From positions 1 through 30,655 of IMG/VR virus record IMGVR_UViG_3300005805_000311: DNA of 30,655 nucleotides; one strand, written 5' to 3'. Position numbers and translations under genes: made by a program. How positions within the stretch are numbered: the first letter of the stretch is position 1; each line of letters begins with the position of its first letter. The DNA is from a virus (taxonomy: Duplodnaviria > Caudoviricetes). The notes beneath the pieces were generated by a model. That model saw only the letters and a program-made list of their open reading frames with translations, was not told the origin of the DNA and ran no database searches. Positions 9,552-17,702 of this stretch are shown in pieces.

Positions 9552-9838
9552 GGGTTCTCTTTGGCAAGGGCTGCTATGAATACGAAGTCATCAGTCTCGT
9601 TAGTGGCATCAAAGTAGTAGTCATCGTCATCGTCAAGCGAGGTTATGCATATGAACTCGACATTGCTCAGATCATGCTCAAGGTTTAATACATCATTTCG
9701 GTGCTTGACAACTAGCCATGCCCACTTGAGGGCTTCGTATTTTGTCTCGAAGTCTTGGTGAACGACTACGGGGGCAAAACCGACATCGCCGGCATTGGGT
9801 GAAGTTGTATTGGCAATGACTGTGTAGTGGTTTTTCAT
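9547..9838 (-). CDS. Hypothetical protein, native 3' end lost at the junction
   Basis: Leaderless ATG at 9838 downstream of a promoter copy. The frame runs on into antisense gp23. Confidence 0.6.
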
Positions 9839-9876
9839 AATCATAAGTTAAGCGGCTTTAATCCTTTGGCGCGAAT

Positions 9877-10314
9877 CTAAGGCCGATCTTGCAACCTGCG
9901 TACAGCATCACGAAACTCTTCTTTGAGTTTGGCATTCGCACGAACCACTTGCTGTGCTTCAAGGAAGGCATCGGCAGTCTGCTCACGCTTAAATTGTTCT
10001 TCGGGTGTAAGAGCCCGAAACTCTCTATCGCTCAAGATGAGTCCACCTATTGTGGAATAAAGTCCTAGAAGGCTAGTGGTATATGTCGGGCTTAACTTGA
10101 ACTCTAGTGCTGGGTCGAGTCCAGTCAGTTCACCGAGCTTGATAAACGCATCATCTGCGTCAATCCCGATATCTAGGTATAGTTCACCGAGTTCGCAAAT
10201 ATTCACGAAGTCTTGCGGCCCTAACCCACCGAAGCACTCATCAAGTGCCTTAGTGGTCCAATCGCTTTTTGTTGATATCTCTAACTCGAGTTGCGCTATT
10301 TTGTTCTCATCCAT
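9877..10314 (-). CDS. Hypothetical protein
   Basis: 145 aa, AAGGAG RBS. Confidence 0.7.
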   Translation of the reverse strand: MDENKIAQLELEISTKSDWTTKALDECFGGLGPQDFVNICELGELYLDIGIDADDAFIKLGELTGLDPALEFKLSPTYTTSLLGLYSTIGGLILSDREFRALTPEEQFKREQTADAFLEAQQVVRANAKLKEEFRDAVRRLQDRP

Positions 10315-10378
10315 TGGTTTGCTCCTTTAGGTGTTGTTGTCATCTTTATACACATCGGGCGTGACACTCTCAATGGGA

Positions 10379-10576
10379 CTAGAAGTTAAGTTGTGCCTGC
10401 GTGTCGTCTACTGGCACGTAATCGACGCAGACCTTGTGAGCGAAGCGCCAAGTGCGCTCAGTTTGCTTCACGACTTTGCCCTTAGTTACCCAGCCGGTGA
10501 CGAGCTCTGCGACTGAATCGTGTTTTGGATCAAGGACAACATTACAAAATAAACACCTGTACTGTTCGTAGGCCAT
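10379..10576 (-). CDS. Small Zn-finger-like protein
   Basis: CxxC...HxxC. Confidence 0.65.
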   Translation of the reverse strand: MAYEQYRCLFCNVVLDPKHDSVAELVTGWVTKGKVVKQTERTWRFAHKVCVDYVPVDDTQAQLNF

Positions 10577-10588
10577 ATCAACACTCTA

Positions 10589-10789
10589 CTAAATCAACTG
10601 AGCCTTGCTCACTGTGAACGTGTCTGTGCCTAATCGAATATTAGCCAAACCTTCTTGGGTATATTCTAAAAAAGTTGCCTCGACGAATCCAGTTGTGTAT
10701 CGCTTGCTGTCGCCTTTAACGAAAATGCCGAATGACACTGGGATAGATACCGTGTCGCCCTTTGTCCAAACTTTTTCACGAACTGTCAT
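10589..10789 (-). CDS. Small beta-rich hypothetical protein
   Basis: TAATG coupling with the upstream gene. Confidence 0.65.
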   Translation of the reverse strand: MTVREKVWTKGDTVSIPVSFGIFVKGDSKRYTTGFVEATFLEYTQEGLANIRLGTDTFTVSKAQLI

Positions 10790-11040
10790 TACTTTCTTCC
10801 TTGAGTGATCACAACTTCCATGTCGTCAAAGTCGCGCGAAACAAGTCGCCCTTGAACATTGAGGAAGTCCACTTGAACTACTGGTGCTAAGTCTCGACCA
10901 CGAGTCATCATTGACATCGCTCGCTTGTCAGCACGAGCCTGCCCGAATGAAACAGACTTCACGGTCATAGTTTGGTTGTTTATGGATACCTTGTCGCCAG
11001 CACGAAGGCTCGACGCAAGAACTCTTTTGCTGTTGGTCAT
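10789..11040 (-). CDS. Small SH3-like beta-barrel protein, leaderless
   Basis: ASSLRAGDKV motif, ATG at +1 of promoter copy 11062. Confidence 0.7.
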   Translation of the reverse strand: MTNSKRVLASSLRAGDKVSINNQTMTVKSVSFGQARADKRAMSMMTRGRDLAPVVQVDFLNVQGRLVSRDFDDMEVVITQGRK

Positions 11041-11075
11041 ATACCTAGAGTATGTCGCACCAATCTATTGGCGCA

Positions 11076-11957
11076 CTAAAGACCTACAGCATTGACGCCG
11101 TATTCTGCTTGAGACTGAGTGAAGCCTTCATACACTAATTGCGAAATTAACCCTGAGCGAGAGAAGGACATTGTCTTTAGGTAACTTGCAGCAGACTTTG
11201 CGGCTTGAATATTCCAGTCGGCGTTTTGAGCATCAACACCGTAAGTCGCATCCTCAAGCGAAAACTTCTCGTATTGGAGTTGCTCAATAAGACCCGATCT
11301 AGAAAATGCCATTATTCGTAAATAGTTAGAGGCAGACTTAACGGCTTGAGATCTACTATTCGTGACATAGGTGGTCGTCGTAGTCGTCGTTCGAGCAATG
11401 GTGGTAGTGGTCGTCGCAGGCACTCCAGCAACAGTGGTTGAAGTAGTGGCACTCGAATTAGTTGAAGAGAACCCATACAGAATCCAATCAGACTCTGAGA
11501 ATACGCCTATGCCATGAGCATTGACAGCCGCAACCCTAAATCGAAAATAGTTATTAGCAGGATTAGCATCGGTTACGTTTTGAAAATACTGAGTGGGTGG
11601 TAAGTCGGACAAGAAAACCCACGATGTATTTGTCATCATGTATTCAAGTCTGTATCCAGTTACAGGACTTGAACCAGCATCGTATGGAAAACCCCAGCTC
11701 ACCGAGATGCCGATAGATGGACCCAAGTAGATGCCAGTGGTGGTTTTGTATAGGGCACCGGGAACTCTTTTAATTGGTGCAACAGCCTGAGATACCCAAA
11801 TACGTTTACCCTTGACAGTCTTACAAACAAGTGGTTTTTTTTGAGTGCCACTTATTGATCCAATATTCGAGCATGACTTGTTAATACTTGCTTGAGCCGG
11901 CGAGCCGATGGTGAGGAGTGAGAGTGTTGCTACTAACGCAATAGTAAATTTTTTCAT
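11076..11957 (-). CDS. Secreted protein: signal peptide, small Cys domain, FN3 domain, Thr-rich linker, two Ltp-family repeats
   Basis: AQA signal cleavage; W..P...GSSPVTGY...FRVAAVNA.G.G (FN3); two A..SA..YL..M.FSRSGLI.QL.YE.F....A.YGV repeats. Confidence 0.8.
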   Translation of the reverse strand: MKKFTIALVATLSLLTIGSPAQASINKSCSNIGSISGTQKKPLVCKTVKGKRIWVSQAVAPIKRVPGALYKTTTGIYLGPSIGISVSWGFPYDAGSSPVTGYRLEYMMTNTSWVFLSDLPPTQYFQNVTDANPANNYFRFRVAAVNAHGIGVFSESDWILYGFSSTNSSATTSTTVAGVPATTTTTIARTTTTTTTYVTNSRSQAVKSASNYLRIMAFSRSGLIEQLQYEKFSLEDATYGVDAQNADWNIQAAKSAASYLKTMSFSRSGLISQLVYEGFTQSQAEYGVNAVGL

Positions 11958-11985
11958 AAGGCAGTTATGGTAGCGAGTTGTCTCA

Positions 11986-12255
11986 CTACTTCCACAGGTC
12001 CGTCATTGAACGGGCGACATCAACTGCATTATCGGCAGTTTCTTTGTAACCATCCAATTCGTATCGCACGAACTTATAGCCAGCGTAGCCAGCCAAAAAA
12101 ACTAGAGCCAAGAATATTCGGCCCCAGCCGATAAAGCCAAGCACTTCAAAAAGCGCACCAAAGATAAATCCCGGCGCCAACAATAGAACACCAAGACCAA
12201 AAATCAATGGGCGAGTTTTTGCGAACTCGATTACCCGAAGTGAAAAGTTTTTCAT
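11986..12255 (-). CDS. Two-TM membrane protein
   Basis: Two hydrophobic segments, TAATG coupling. Confidence 0.7.
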   Translation of the reverse strand: MKNFSLRVIEFAKTRPLIFGLGVLLLAPGFIFGALFEVLGFIGWGRIFLALVFLAGYAGYKFVRYELDGYKETADNAVDVARSMTDLWK

Positions 12256-12455
12256 TACAGCCTCTCTTTTTTTGGGCCAAACTCAGCCATTATTTCGTAA
12301 TAGCCAAATGCAACCAATGTCGCAGTATGAACAACCAAGACGAACACTGCAGCGAATGCAGCAAGCACGAGGTTATTGATCAACAGAACCAAAATAATTG
12401 TTGCACCCACACTTGCGAGCGTGGTGGCAATTGAGTAGTTAATAAAGTTTTTCAT
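12255..12455 (-). CDS. Two-TM membrane protein, leaderless
   Basis: Hydrophobic, ATG at +1 of promoter copy 12477. Confidence 0.7.
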   Translation of the reverse strand: MKNFINYSIATTLASVGATIILVLLINNLVLAAFAAVFVLVVHTATLVAFGYYEIMAEFGPKKERL

Positions 12456-12491
12456 AATTTAATTATGTCCTTCCGTAATCTGTCAGCGCGA

Positions 12492-12920
12492 TTAAGCGTT
12501 GGCCTTGTTGATAGTTGGAACAACCGAATCGGCAAATATGTAGTCTTTACCATCTGACTGACTTTTTGCGACGACTTTGTTTTTGCCACGAGAGCGAATA
12601 CCAATGAAGACATATTCTTTGCCAGCAGTGGTGAACTTCGTGCCAAGTTTCGCTGTGAGTTCTACTCGGTCGTCAAGACCCTTGCCTAACCAAGCCGTGT
12701 AGCCAAACCGCTCAAAGTAAATCGCTTCGGGCGATGCAAGGTTCACACCACTCTCGCTGAGAACTGTCGGCGAGGCAGAGATAGACACACCATAACTGTC
12801 GCCATACTTTGATGAAATCTTGGTCAGTTTAAGACCGTGTTTCTCGAGAATAGGCAAGAGTGCAGCCTGAACTTCGGCTGACACTTTTTTCGTAAGCTCG
12901 CTACTAACTATGTCGCTCAT
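12492..12920 (-). CDS. Hypothetical phage protein
   Basis: AAAGGGG RBS, promoter copy 12965. Confidence 0.75.
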   Translation of the reverse strand: MSDIVSSELTKKVSAEVQAALLPILEKHGLKLTKISSKYGDSYGVSISASPTVLSESGVNLASPEAIYFERFGYTAWLGKGLDDRVELTAKLGTKFTTAGKEYVFIGIRSRGKNKVVAKSQSDGKDYIFADSVVPTINKANA

Positions 12921-12980
12921 TTGTGATCCCCTTTGTTGTCGTTAATAAAAGAATAAGTCGGGTCAATCTGTCAGCGCGTT

Positions 12981-13205
12981 TTAGAGACTGAGCAAGCGAT
13001 AGGTTTCAGGATCCTCGTAGCGAACGAATCCACCATCAACCATTGGGCCAAGCAAACCATTCAGTTGTGGGTAATCAAACGGACCGTCGTAGTGTTCGTG
13101 GCCATTTTGTTTCGCAAACTCAATAAAGTCTGCGAGTGTTCCCTCGAACGAGAGCTTGTCGGTTGCTGACTTTCGGACTATTTGGAATTTCAGTGTGTTT
13201 GTCAT
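12981..13205 (-). CDS. Hypothetical protein, leaderless
   Basis: ATG at +1 of promoter copy 13227. Confidence 0.7.
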   Translation of the reverse strand: MTNTLKFQIVRKSATDKLSFEGTLADFIEFAKQNGHEHYDGPFDYPQLNGLLGPMVDGGFVRYEDPETYRLLSL

Positions 13206-13240
13206 ACCTTCACCATAGGTCGGGTCAATCTTTTGGCGCG

Positions 13241-13435
13241 CTAGTCCGGGATAACTACTTTTATCTTGTTCCTGATGATGTAGTCAGTGTTGTGTGCCCA
13301 GCAACAATCGTTGAGGTTGTATCGATTGAGAACAGTCTCACAACCCTCCTCAAGACAAACTCTTTTGGTATCACCGTGTTTTTGATTCCACCGTCTATCT
13401 CGATTGTATGCGGCCCTACTCTTAGTTGTTGGCAT
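13241..13435 (-). CDS. Small Cys/His Zn-binding protein
   Basis: C....C.T.L.RYN....C..H pattern. Confidence 0.65.
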   Translation of the reverse strand: MPTTKSRAAYNRDRRWNQKHGDTKRVCLEEGCETVLNRYNLNDCCWAHNTDYIIRNKIKVVIPD

Positions 13436-13595
13436 TGTTCATCCTCGTTTCATTTATTTGTTCGGCGATCTCTGGTCGCTCGTCATCCATTGCTTCATCT
13501 ATGCGAACCCAGTCGGCTTCTGTCCATTCGGATGTATCGACCACGACAAGACCTGAGGCATCGCCATAGTTTCCGTCTGCTGCAAAGTAGTGCAT
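13422..13595 (-). CDS. Small acidic protein (MHYFAADGNYG...)
   Basis: TGATG coupling at 13595, start reassigned from the ORF track. Confidence 0.65.
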   Translation of the reverse strand: MHYFAADGNYGDASGLVVVDTSEWTEADWVRIDEAMDDERPEIAEQINETRMNNANN

Positions 13596-13792
13596 CAGAG
13601 AACCGTCACCCAAGACATTGCTACTCGTAGCAAGTTGTCGTAGTCGCCCGAAGTCGATTGCTTTGTGTATTCGGCTATTTCGTCTGCCGAAACTTTTGCT
13701 CGCTTGAGTGCTTGTCTCACCGATCCCATTATGGCAAAAGCATTGCCATCGTTGCCAGTGAGTTGCACCACTATGTTTGGATACTTGGCCAT
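13595..13792 (-). CDS. Conserved small phage protein
   Basis: VQLTG.DGNAFAIMG.V..AL...SGDYDNLL, a recurrent phage family of unknown function. Confidence 0.75.
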   Translation of the reverse strand: MAKYPNIVVQLTGNDGNAFAIMGSVRQALKRAKVSADEIAEYTKQSTSGDYDNLLRVAMSWVTVL

Positions 13793-14112
13793 TATGCATT
13801 CACCAACTTGATTTCTTCGTGGTGAGCAACGACATATTGAGTGTCCAACTTTGCGTTTACTACATCACGAGCTGCATAAAAAGCACTGCCGTAAAACGGA
13901 TAAGTGCCAACTACTGAAGTTTGAAGTTGCGAGAAATGCGTTTCGGCTTTGCCCCAATACTTGCGAACCAAAAACTTGCCATTGTTCAACAAGTTGATAG
14001 TGACTACATATTGCTTTTGGAATCCTGTGCGACCTCGAGCGCCATCGCTGTCAGCAATAAGCGTCCAACTTGCCAGTGATCCATTTACTTTGGTTGTGTG
14101 TGTTGTTGTCAT
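13792..14112 (-). CDS. WGR-like domain protein, leaderless
   Basis: K.Y.V....V.KYWGK pattern with C-terminal K...Y, ATG 14112 at +1 of promoter copy 14134. Confidence 0.55.
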   Translation of the reverse strand: MTTTHTTKVNGSLASWTLIADSDGARGRTGFQKQYVVTINLLNNGKFLVRKYWGKAETHFSQLQTSVVGTYPFYGSAFYAARDVVNAKLDTQYVVAHHEEIKLVNA

Positions 14113-14190
14113 ACCTTTACTATTGCCGACCTTCATCTGTCAGCGCGAGGCCCATTGCGCTAAAGGATTAAGGGTTGCAATAATGAAAGT

Positions 14191-14427
14191 ATGACAAAAA
14201 GCCGAACGAGTTTCTATGGTGAAATACTTTGTGACAAGTGCGGCCAACCCTGCACCACAAAGCCAAACTATCAAATGAACATTGACCCACAGCCAATCCT
14301 GCACGAGTGCGAGCCAGAGAGCATCATGCAAGAGGCGATCCGAAAAATCGTTGCTCGTGGTATCTCTGCTAGGTGGACTGCCGACCAAATTACAAAAGCG
14401 ATAATCAAGGCTGGCCACTGTAAGTAG
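14191..14427 (+). CDS. Small Zn-ribbon-like protein, leaderless
   Basis: CDKCG...HEC, ATG at +1 of promoter copy 14156. Confidence 0.7.
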   Translation: MTKSRTSFYGEILCDKCGQPCTTKPNYQMNIDPQPILHECEPESIMQEAIRKIVARGISARWTADQITKAIIKAGHCK

Positions 14428-14511
14428 AGACATAAAAGGTTAGGGTGATAATTGCCCCAACCCAAGATAGGCTTCACTCAAAGCAATAAGCAACCAATGA
14501 AAAGGAAAAAA

Positions 14512-14760
14512 ATGAGAACAAAAAAACAATCAGCAAAGTCCAACAAACAACAAACATCTATTGCGGCCCAACTGAAATTGTTGCGTCTCAAGCAAGAATT
14601 GACACAAGAAAGACTTGCCAAAAAATCTGGAATTGATCGCAAAACAATTAATCGAATTGAGAACCTCCAATTCTCGCCATCAATGGATACTTTCTTTCGT
14701 ATCTGTGGAGGCTTGGGAGTAAAGCCGAACGATGTCATCAAAAAGGCAGTAATCAAATGA
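14512..14760 (+). CDS. XRE/Cro-family HTH transcriptional regulator
   Basis: LKLLRLKQELTQERLAKKSGIDRKTINRIEN..FSPS, AAGGA upstream of ATG 14512. Confidence 0.9.
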   Translation: MRTKKQSAKSNKQQTSIAAQLKLLRLKQELTQERLAKKSGIDRKTINRIENLQFSPSMDTFFRICGGLGVKPNDVIKKAVIK

Positions 14761-14905
14761 TGCATCGCCCAAGTGCTTGGCGCGTATTTCGTGCTCTACT
14801 AATTGGAAGCATTCGGTTGTGGGGCCGCAAGTCAGTGCCCTCAATAAACCATCCATCAATGCGCAACATCGTAAAAAGACATCCGACAAGTTGGGGTCGA
14901 GAGTA

Positions 14906-15100
14906 GTGCCAAAATTAAGTCTTGACCCTGCAAACTTTTCCCGAAAAGTTCTAAACATTCCCGGTTTTGTTGAAGCGATTCCGGGAGCAAAGCGTGTCGA
15001 TACCAATGGTCGGCCTGCTCAGTTGTATCGGCGAGGCACAGCAATACGACTTATGCCAGAGTTGCGTTTATCCGTAAAACGATCCAAGCCAAAATGTTGA
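14906..15100 (+). CDS. Stand-alone NrtR-like winged-helix fragment
   Basis: LDPANFSRKV...GF........GRPAQLYR matches the NrtR C-terminus. Start uncertain (GTG 14906). Confidence 0.6.
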   Translation: MPKLSLDPANFSRKVLNIPGFVEAIPGAKRVDTNGRPAQLYRRGTAIRLMPELRLSVKRSKPKC

Positions 15101-15220
15101 GACTTCTTTTGTCTGGATTGGCTCTGGCCGGAATTGTTTTGCTTGTGGCAATTATCCGATCCGATGACGGCTTCTAAGAGGTAGCACCAAGACAAGACTT
15201 GAGCGTGTTAGCATTTACAT

Positions 15221-15296
15221 GCCGGGTCTTGAGCCAATTCCACTCTCCTTATGGTCATGGCAACGTGGTCATGTGGTTTGTTCTGCAGGGCCCGGC
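15221..15296 (+). ncRNA. Putative structured small RNA with anti-SD bulge
   Basis: 11-bp terminal stem, CCAC/GUGG, UCUCCUU bulge, 9-bp stem with GCAA tetraloop. TGnTAGCAT ends 6 nt upstream. Confidence 0.6.
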
Positions 15297-15313
15297 ACCT
15301 AAACTGCCGCACT

Positions 15314-15562
15314 CTAGATTGAGCTAATTGCTCCACTTGTAACTTCGTTTAGCCACTTGCCGGCGTTGACTCGAGACTTTGCTCCCCTGAACATATCCCA
15401 TTTAGTGTCACCGAACTTATCAACGACCGTCACACGTATCGCTTGATCGTGCCAAACCTGTTTGTCTTGAATCAAATCACCTAACTCAACCGAAACCGTA
15501 TACCCAGACTCCATTATTGAGGCAAGGGGTCGAAAGTTTTGTTCGGATATTGGGTGTTGCAT
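15314..15562 (-). CDS. Hypothetical protein, paralog of 21789-22064
   Basis: Shared NFR...VS...GDL.D...AI.V...F.G......A..WLN pattern. Confidence 0.7.
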   Translation of the reverse strand: MQHPISEQNFRPLASIMESGYTVSVELGDLIQDKQVWHDQAIRVTVVDKFGDTKWDMFRGAKSRVNAGKWLNEVTSGAISSI

Positions 15563-15609
15563 TGTAATTAGGTTAGCACAGCTAATTCATTGATCCCCGA
15601 ACGCACTCA

Positions 15610-15777
15610 TCAGTCTGCTGGCTCAAGTATCTCTACTGAGAGATTGTCTGGGTTGAGTTTTGAGAGGCTGCAGAAAAACTCGTGCTTGGCCATGGCTTCA
15701 AGCATGGCATCGCTTGTTGATTCTGGCGTATCTACCTCAACAATGGTGAGGCACGACACAATGCATTCAACTTTCAT
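15610..15777 (-). CDS. Small acidic protein, 55 aa (MKVECIVSCLTIVEVD...)
   Basis: GGAGG RBS and open frame, below the track cutoff. Confidence 0.6.
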   Translation of the reverse strand: MKVECIVSCLTIVEVDTPESTSDAMLEAMAKHEFFCSLSKLNPDNLSVEILEPAD

Positions 15778-15788
15778 TCCAAACCTCC

Positions 15789-15977
15789 TTATTTGGTTGT
15801 TACTGGCAAATCTGACTTGGTATCAATTATTACCACGTCATCGTATTCTTGCTCTTCGTAGAACCTAGATACGACTCTGGCTGTTTTTAGTGTAACGAGC
15901 CAATCTGTAACCTCGAAGCCACCGACCCACACGGTATATCGTGCATCGTTCATTGCCATCAATGATTCTTCGTGCAT
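15789..15977 (-). CDS. Small phage protein (YTVWVGG.EV.D family)
   Basis: AGGAG RBS before ATG 15977. Confidence 0.65.
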   Translation of the reverse strand: MHEESLMAMNDARYTVWVGGFEVTDWLVTLKTARVVSRFYEEQEYDDVVIIDTKSDLPVTTK

Positions 15978-15984
15978 GGCTCTC

Positions 15985-16230
15985 CTATGCCTCGAACTCG
16001 TTGAGCATTTTTGGGTTGTCACCGACTGTCCACACTTGCGTTTGATAGACGGTCTTGCCATTCTTGACGACCATGCCCACCAAAGTTGTGGCAAGTCTCT
16101 CTGCCGAAGCCTCATCGGGTGCAGAAAGTGTGTGGGTGTCGGCCATATGAGCCCATGTTGGATTCTCTCGCATCGACTCAAAGTCTAAAGCGAAAGCGCG
16201 AACTTGAAAGTTGTCGTGTTGGTTTGTCAT
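15985..16230 (-). CDS. Hypothetical protein, leaderless
   Basis: ATG at +1 of promoter copy 16252. Confidence 0.7.
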   Translation of the reverse strand: MTNQHDNFQVRAFALDFESMRENPTWAHMADTHTLSAPDEASAERLATTLVGMVVKNGKTVYQTQVWTVGDNPKMLNEFEA

Positions 16231-16272
16231 AGTTTCAATTTATCCCTTGTCAATCTATGGGCGCACTTGGCG

Positions 16273-16310
16273 ATCCGTGAGAGCCTGTGGGGGGAAAGGC
16301 CCTCACGGAT
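16273..16310 (-). terminator. Strong hairpin downstream of the KTSC gene (terminator or stability element)
   Basis: ATCCGTGAG...CTCACGGAT inverted repeat plus inner GCCT/AGGC, no U-tract. Confidence 0.5.
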
Positions 16311-16323
16311 GCGACCTTGTTAG

Positions 16324-16572
16324 TTAAGCCGACACCTTTGCGAAAGTGTGTGCTGGCTTAACCAAAGTTGCTACAGCCGATCCAATCGAATCGCTGGCGA
16401 GAACTTTTCGCATTGTTGCGACACTGACGGCTTGGTAGGCATACGAGCCACCATTTGCGAAAGTGACAACGAGTGTGCCAAGTTTGTCGGCTTCGTCATA
16501 GCGAGCCTCTACTGCCTCGAAACGCAACGACTTGATAGCCGCTGAGTTGATATCTGTGATGTTGATATTCAT
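16324..16572 (-). CDS. KTSC-domain protein
   Basis: NSAAI.S..F......L.VTF..GGSY.Y..V......L.S.SIG pattern. Confidence 0.8.
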   Translation of the reverse strand: MNINITDINSAAIKSLRFEAVEARYDEADKLGTLVVTFANGGSYAYQAVSVATMRKVLASDSIGSAVATLVKPAHTFAKVSA

Positions 16573-16628
16573 GGTTCTCCTTTTCGGTTGGTAATAAAAG
16601 TATTGCTTGCCTTAATCTTTTGGCGCGA

Positions 16629-17000
16629 CTACTCGTTGTCTTCGTATTCTTTTTCGTCTTCTGCCCAGCCGGCCTCTTGTGAGATCAAACTAACGAAGCC
16701 AGCATTTGGGTCAGCCTCATTGCTCCATACAGCCTGAATGAACTTGAGGTCGCAAGAACTTCTATACCAATCGTCAAGAATATCCATGAGGTCATTCTCG
16801 CCGTTGTTCTCGAACGAAAACTCGTAGTTCTCGGGATCACGGAAAAAGTTTGCCTCAGTCTCATCCATCGCAAGATAGATTTTGTGGCAACCGTCGAATG
16901 CGATCAGAACGCAGTTCTCGGCATATTCCGATACTGCATTCCAACCATCAATAAGGTTGTCGGCATCGTGTGGTGTGTAATCGGTTTGTTGTTTTGTCAT
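16629..17000 (-). CDS. Acidic hypothetical protein, leaderless
   Basis: IAFDGCHKIY..MD motif, ATG at +1 of promoter copy 17022. Confidence 0.75.
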   Translation of the reverse strand: MTKQQTDYTPHDADNLIDGWNAVSEYAENCVLIAFDGCHKIYLAMDETEANFFRDPENYEFSFENNGENDLMDILDDWYRSSCDLKFIQAVWSNEADPNAGFVSLISQEAGWAEDEKEYEDNE

Positions 17001-17010
17001 GGTTTAAGTA

Positions 17011-17232
17011 TTACTTGCCTTCATCTGTCGGCGCGTCTAGGTCGTCAAGCATTTCTTTGGCCATATCAAATGCAGGACTATCGCCAGAAATAAGTTCGTC
17101 ATTCTTGCCAAAGAAGCAATCGACTTCGCCACCAAAGTCGTCGTAGCACATCATCTGGACTAGATCAAAAATAGTCTCAGGGTCGCACTTGCTCTCGTCA
17201 TCAATTACGAAAGTTATCGTGAACTCTTTCAT
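17011..17232 (-). CDS. Small acidic protein
   Basis: TGATG coupling, 3' end contains a promoter copy. Confidence 0.65.
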   Translation of the reverse strand: MKEFTITFVIDDESKCDPETIFDLVQMMCYDDFGGEVDCFFGKNDELISGDSPAFDMAKEMLDDLDAPTDEGK

Positions 17233-17369
17233 CAAACCTCAATCCGATCATCGTGCCAAGTTTTTTCTTGGCAGTCGTTACAGCGATACTCCGTTTCAAT
17301 GCACATAGGCGAGTGGCCTGAGATGCGAACGTTGGTGCTATCGCACCACTGGCAAGCGATCTGTTCCAT
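17232..17369 (-). CDS. Zn-ribbon peptide, 45 aa (MEQIACQWCDS...YRCNDC...)
   Basis: Two CxxC motifs, coupled on both sides. Not in the track. Confidence 0.65.
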   Translation of the reverse strand: MEQIACQWCDSTNVRISGHSPMCIETEYRCNDCQEKTWHDDRIEV

Positions 17370-17581
17370 TATGCTTCAACCTTTTCCTTCCAAAGTTTGC
17401 GAAAGTTCTGGGCTTGCTTTTCTGACTTGGCATAGAAAACCATGAAGGTGTAAAAGCTGCCGTAGCGAATCTCCCCGATTTCCACGGTCCAAGTTTCCTC
17501 GTTGAGTTGTCCAATTTTGATTTGGATTTGGTCATCCTCTTCCAAAAAGAAACTTGTGAGTGTTGATATTTGTGCTGGCAT
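17369..17581 (-). CDS. Hypothetical protein
   Basis: AAAGGGG RBS before MPAQ, promoter copy 17626. Confidence 0.65.
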   Translation of the reverse strand: MPAQISTLTSFFLEEDDQIQIKIGQLNEETWTVEIGEIRYGSFYTFMVFYAKSEKQAQNFRKLWKEKVEA

Positions 17582-17702
17582 TTTTTCCCCTTTGTTCGTT
17601 GGTAATATCAACAATAGGTAGGCCTAATCCTTTGGCGCGATACTTTGGGTCGACCCTAAGATGAGGTCGCGCCGACAGATGATGGGCCGGCAGACTGTAA
17701 TT

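Noticed and set aside
14771-14784. CGCGCCAAGCACTT (minus strand), and CGCGCC at 28065, as promoter copies
   Set aside because: Both lack the RGAT element.
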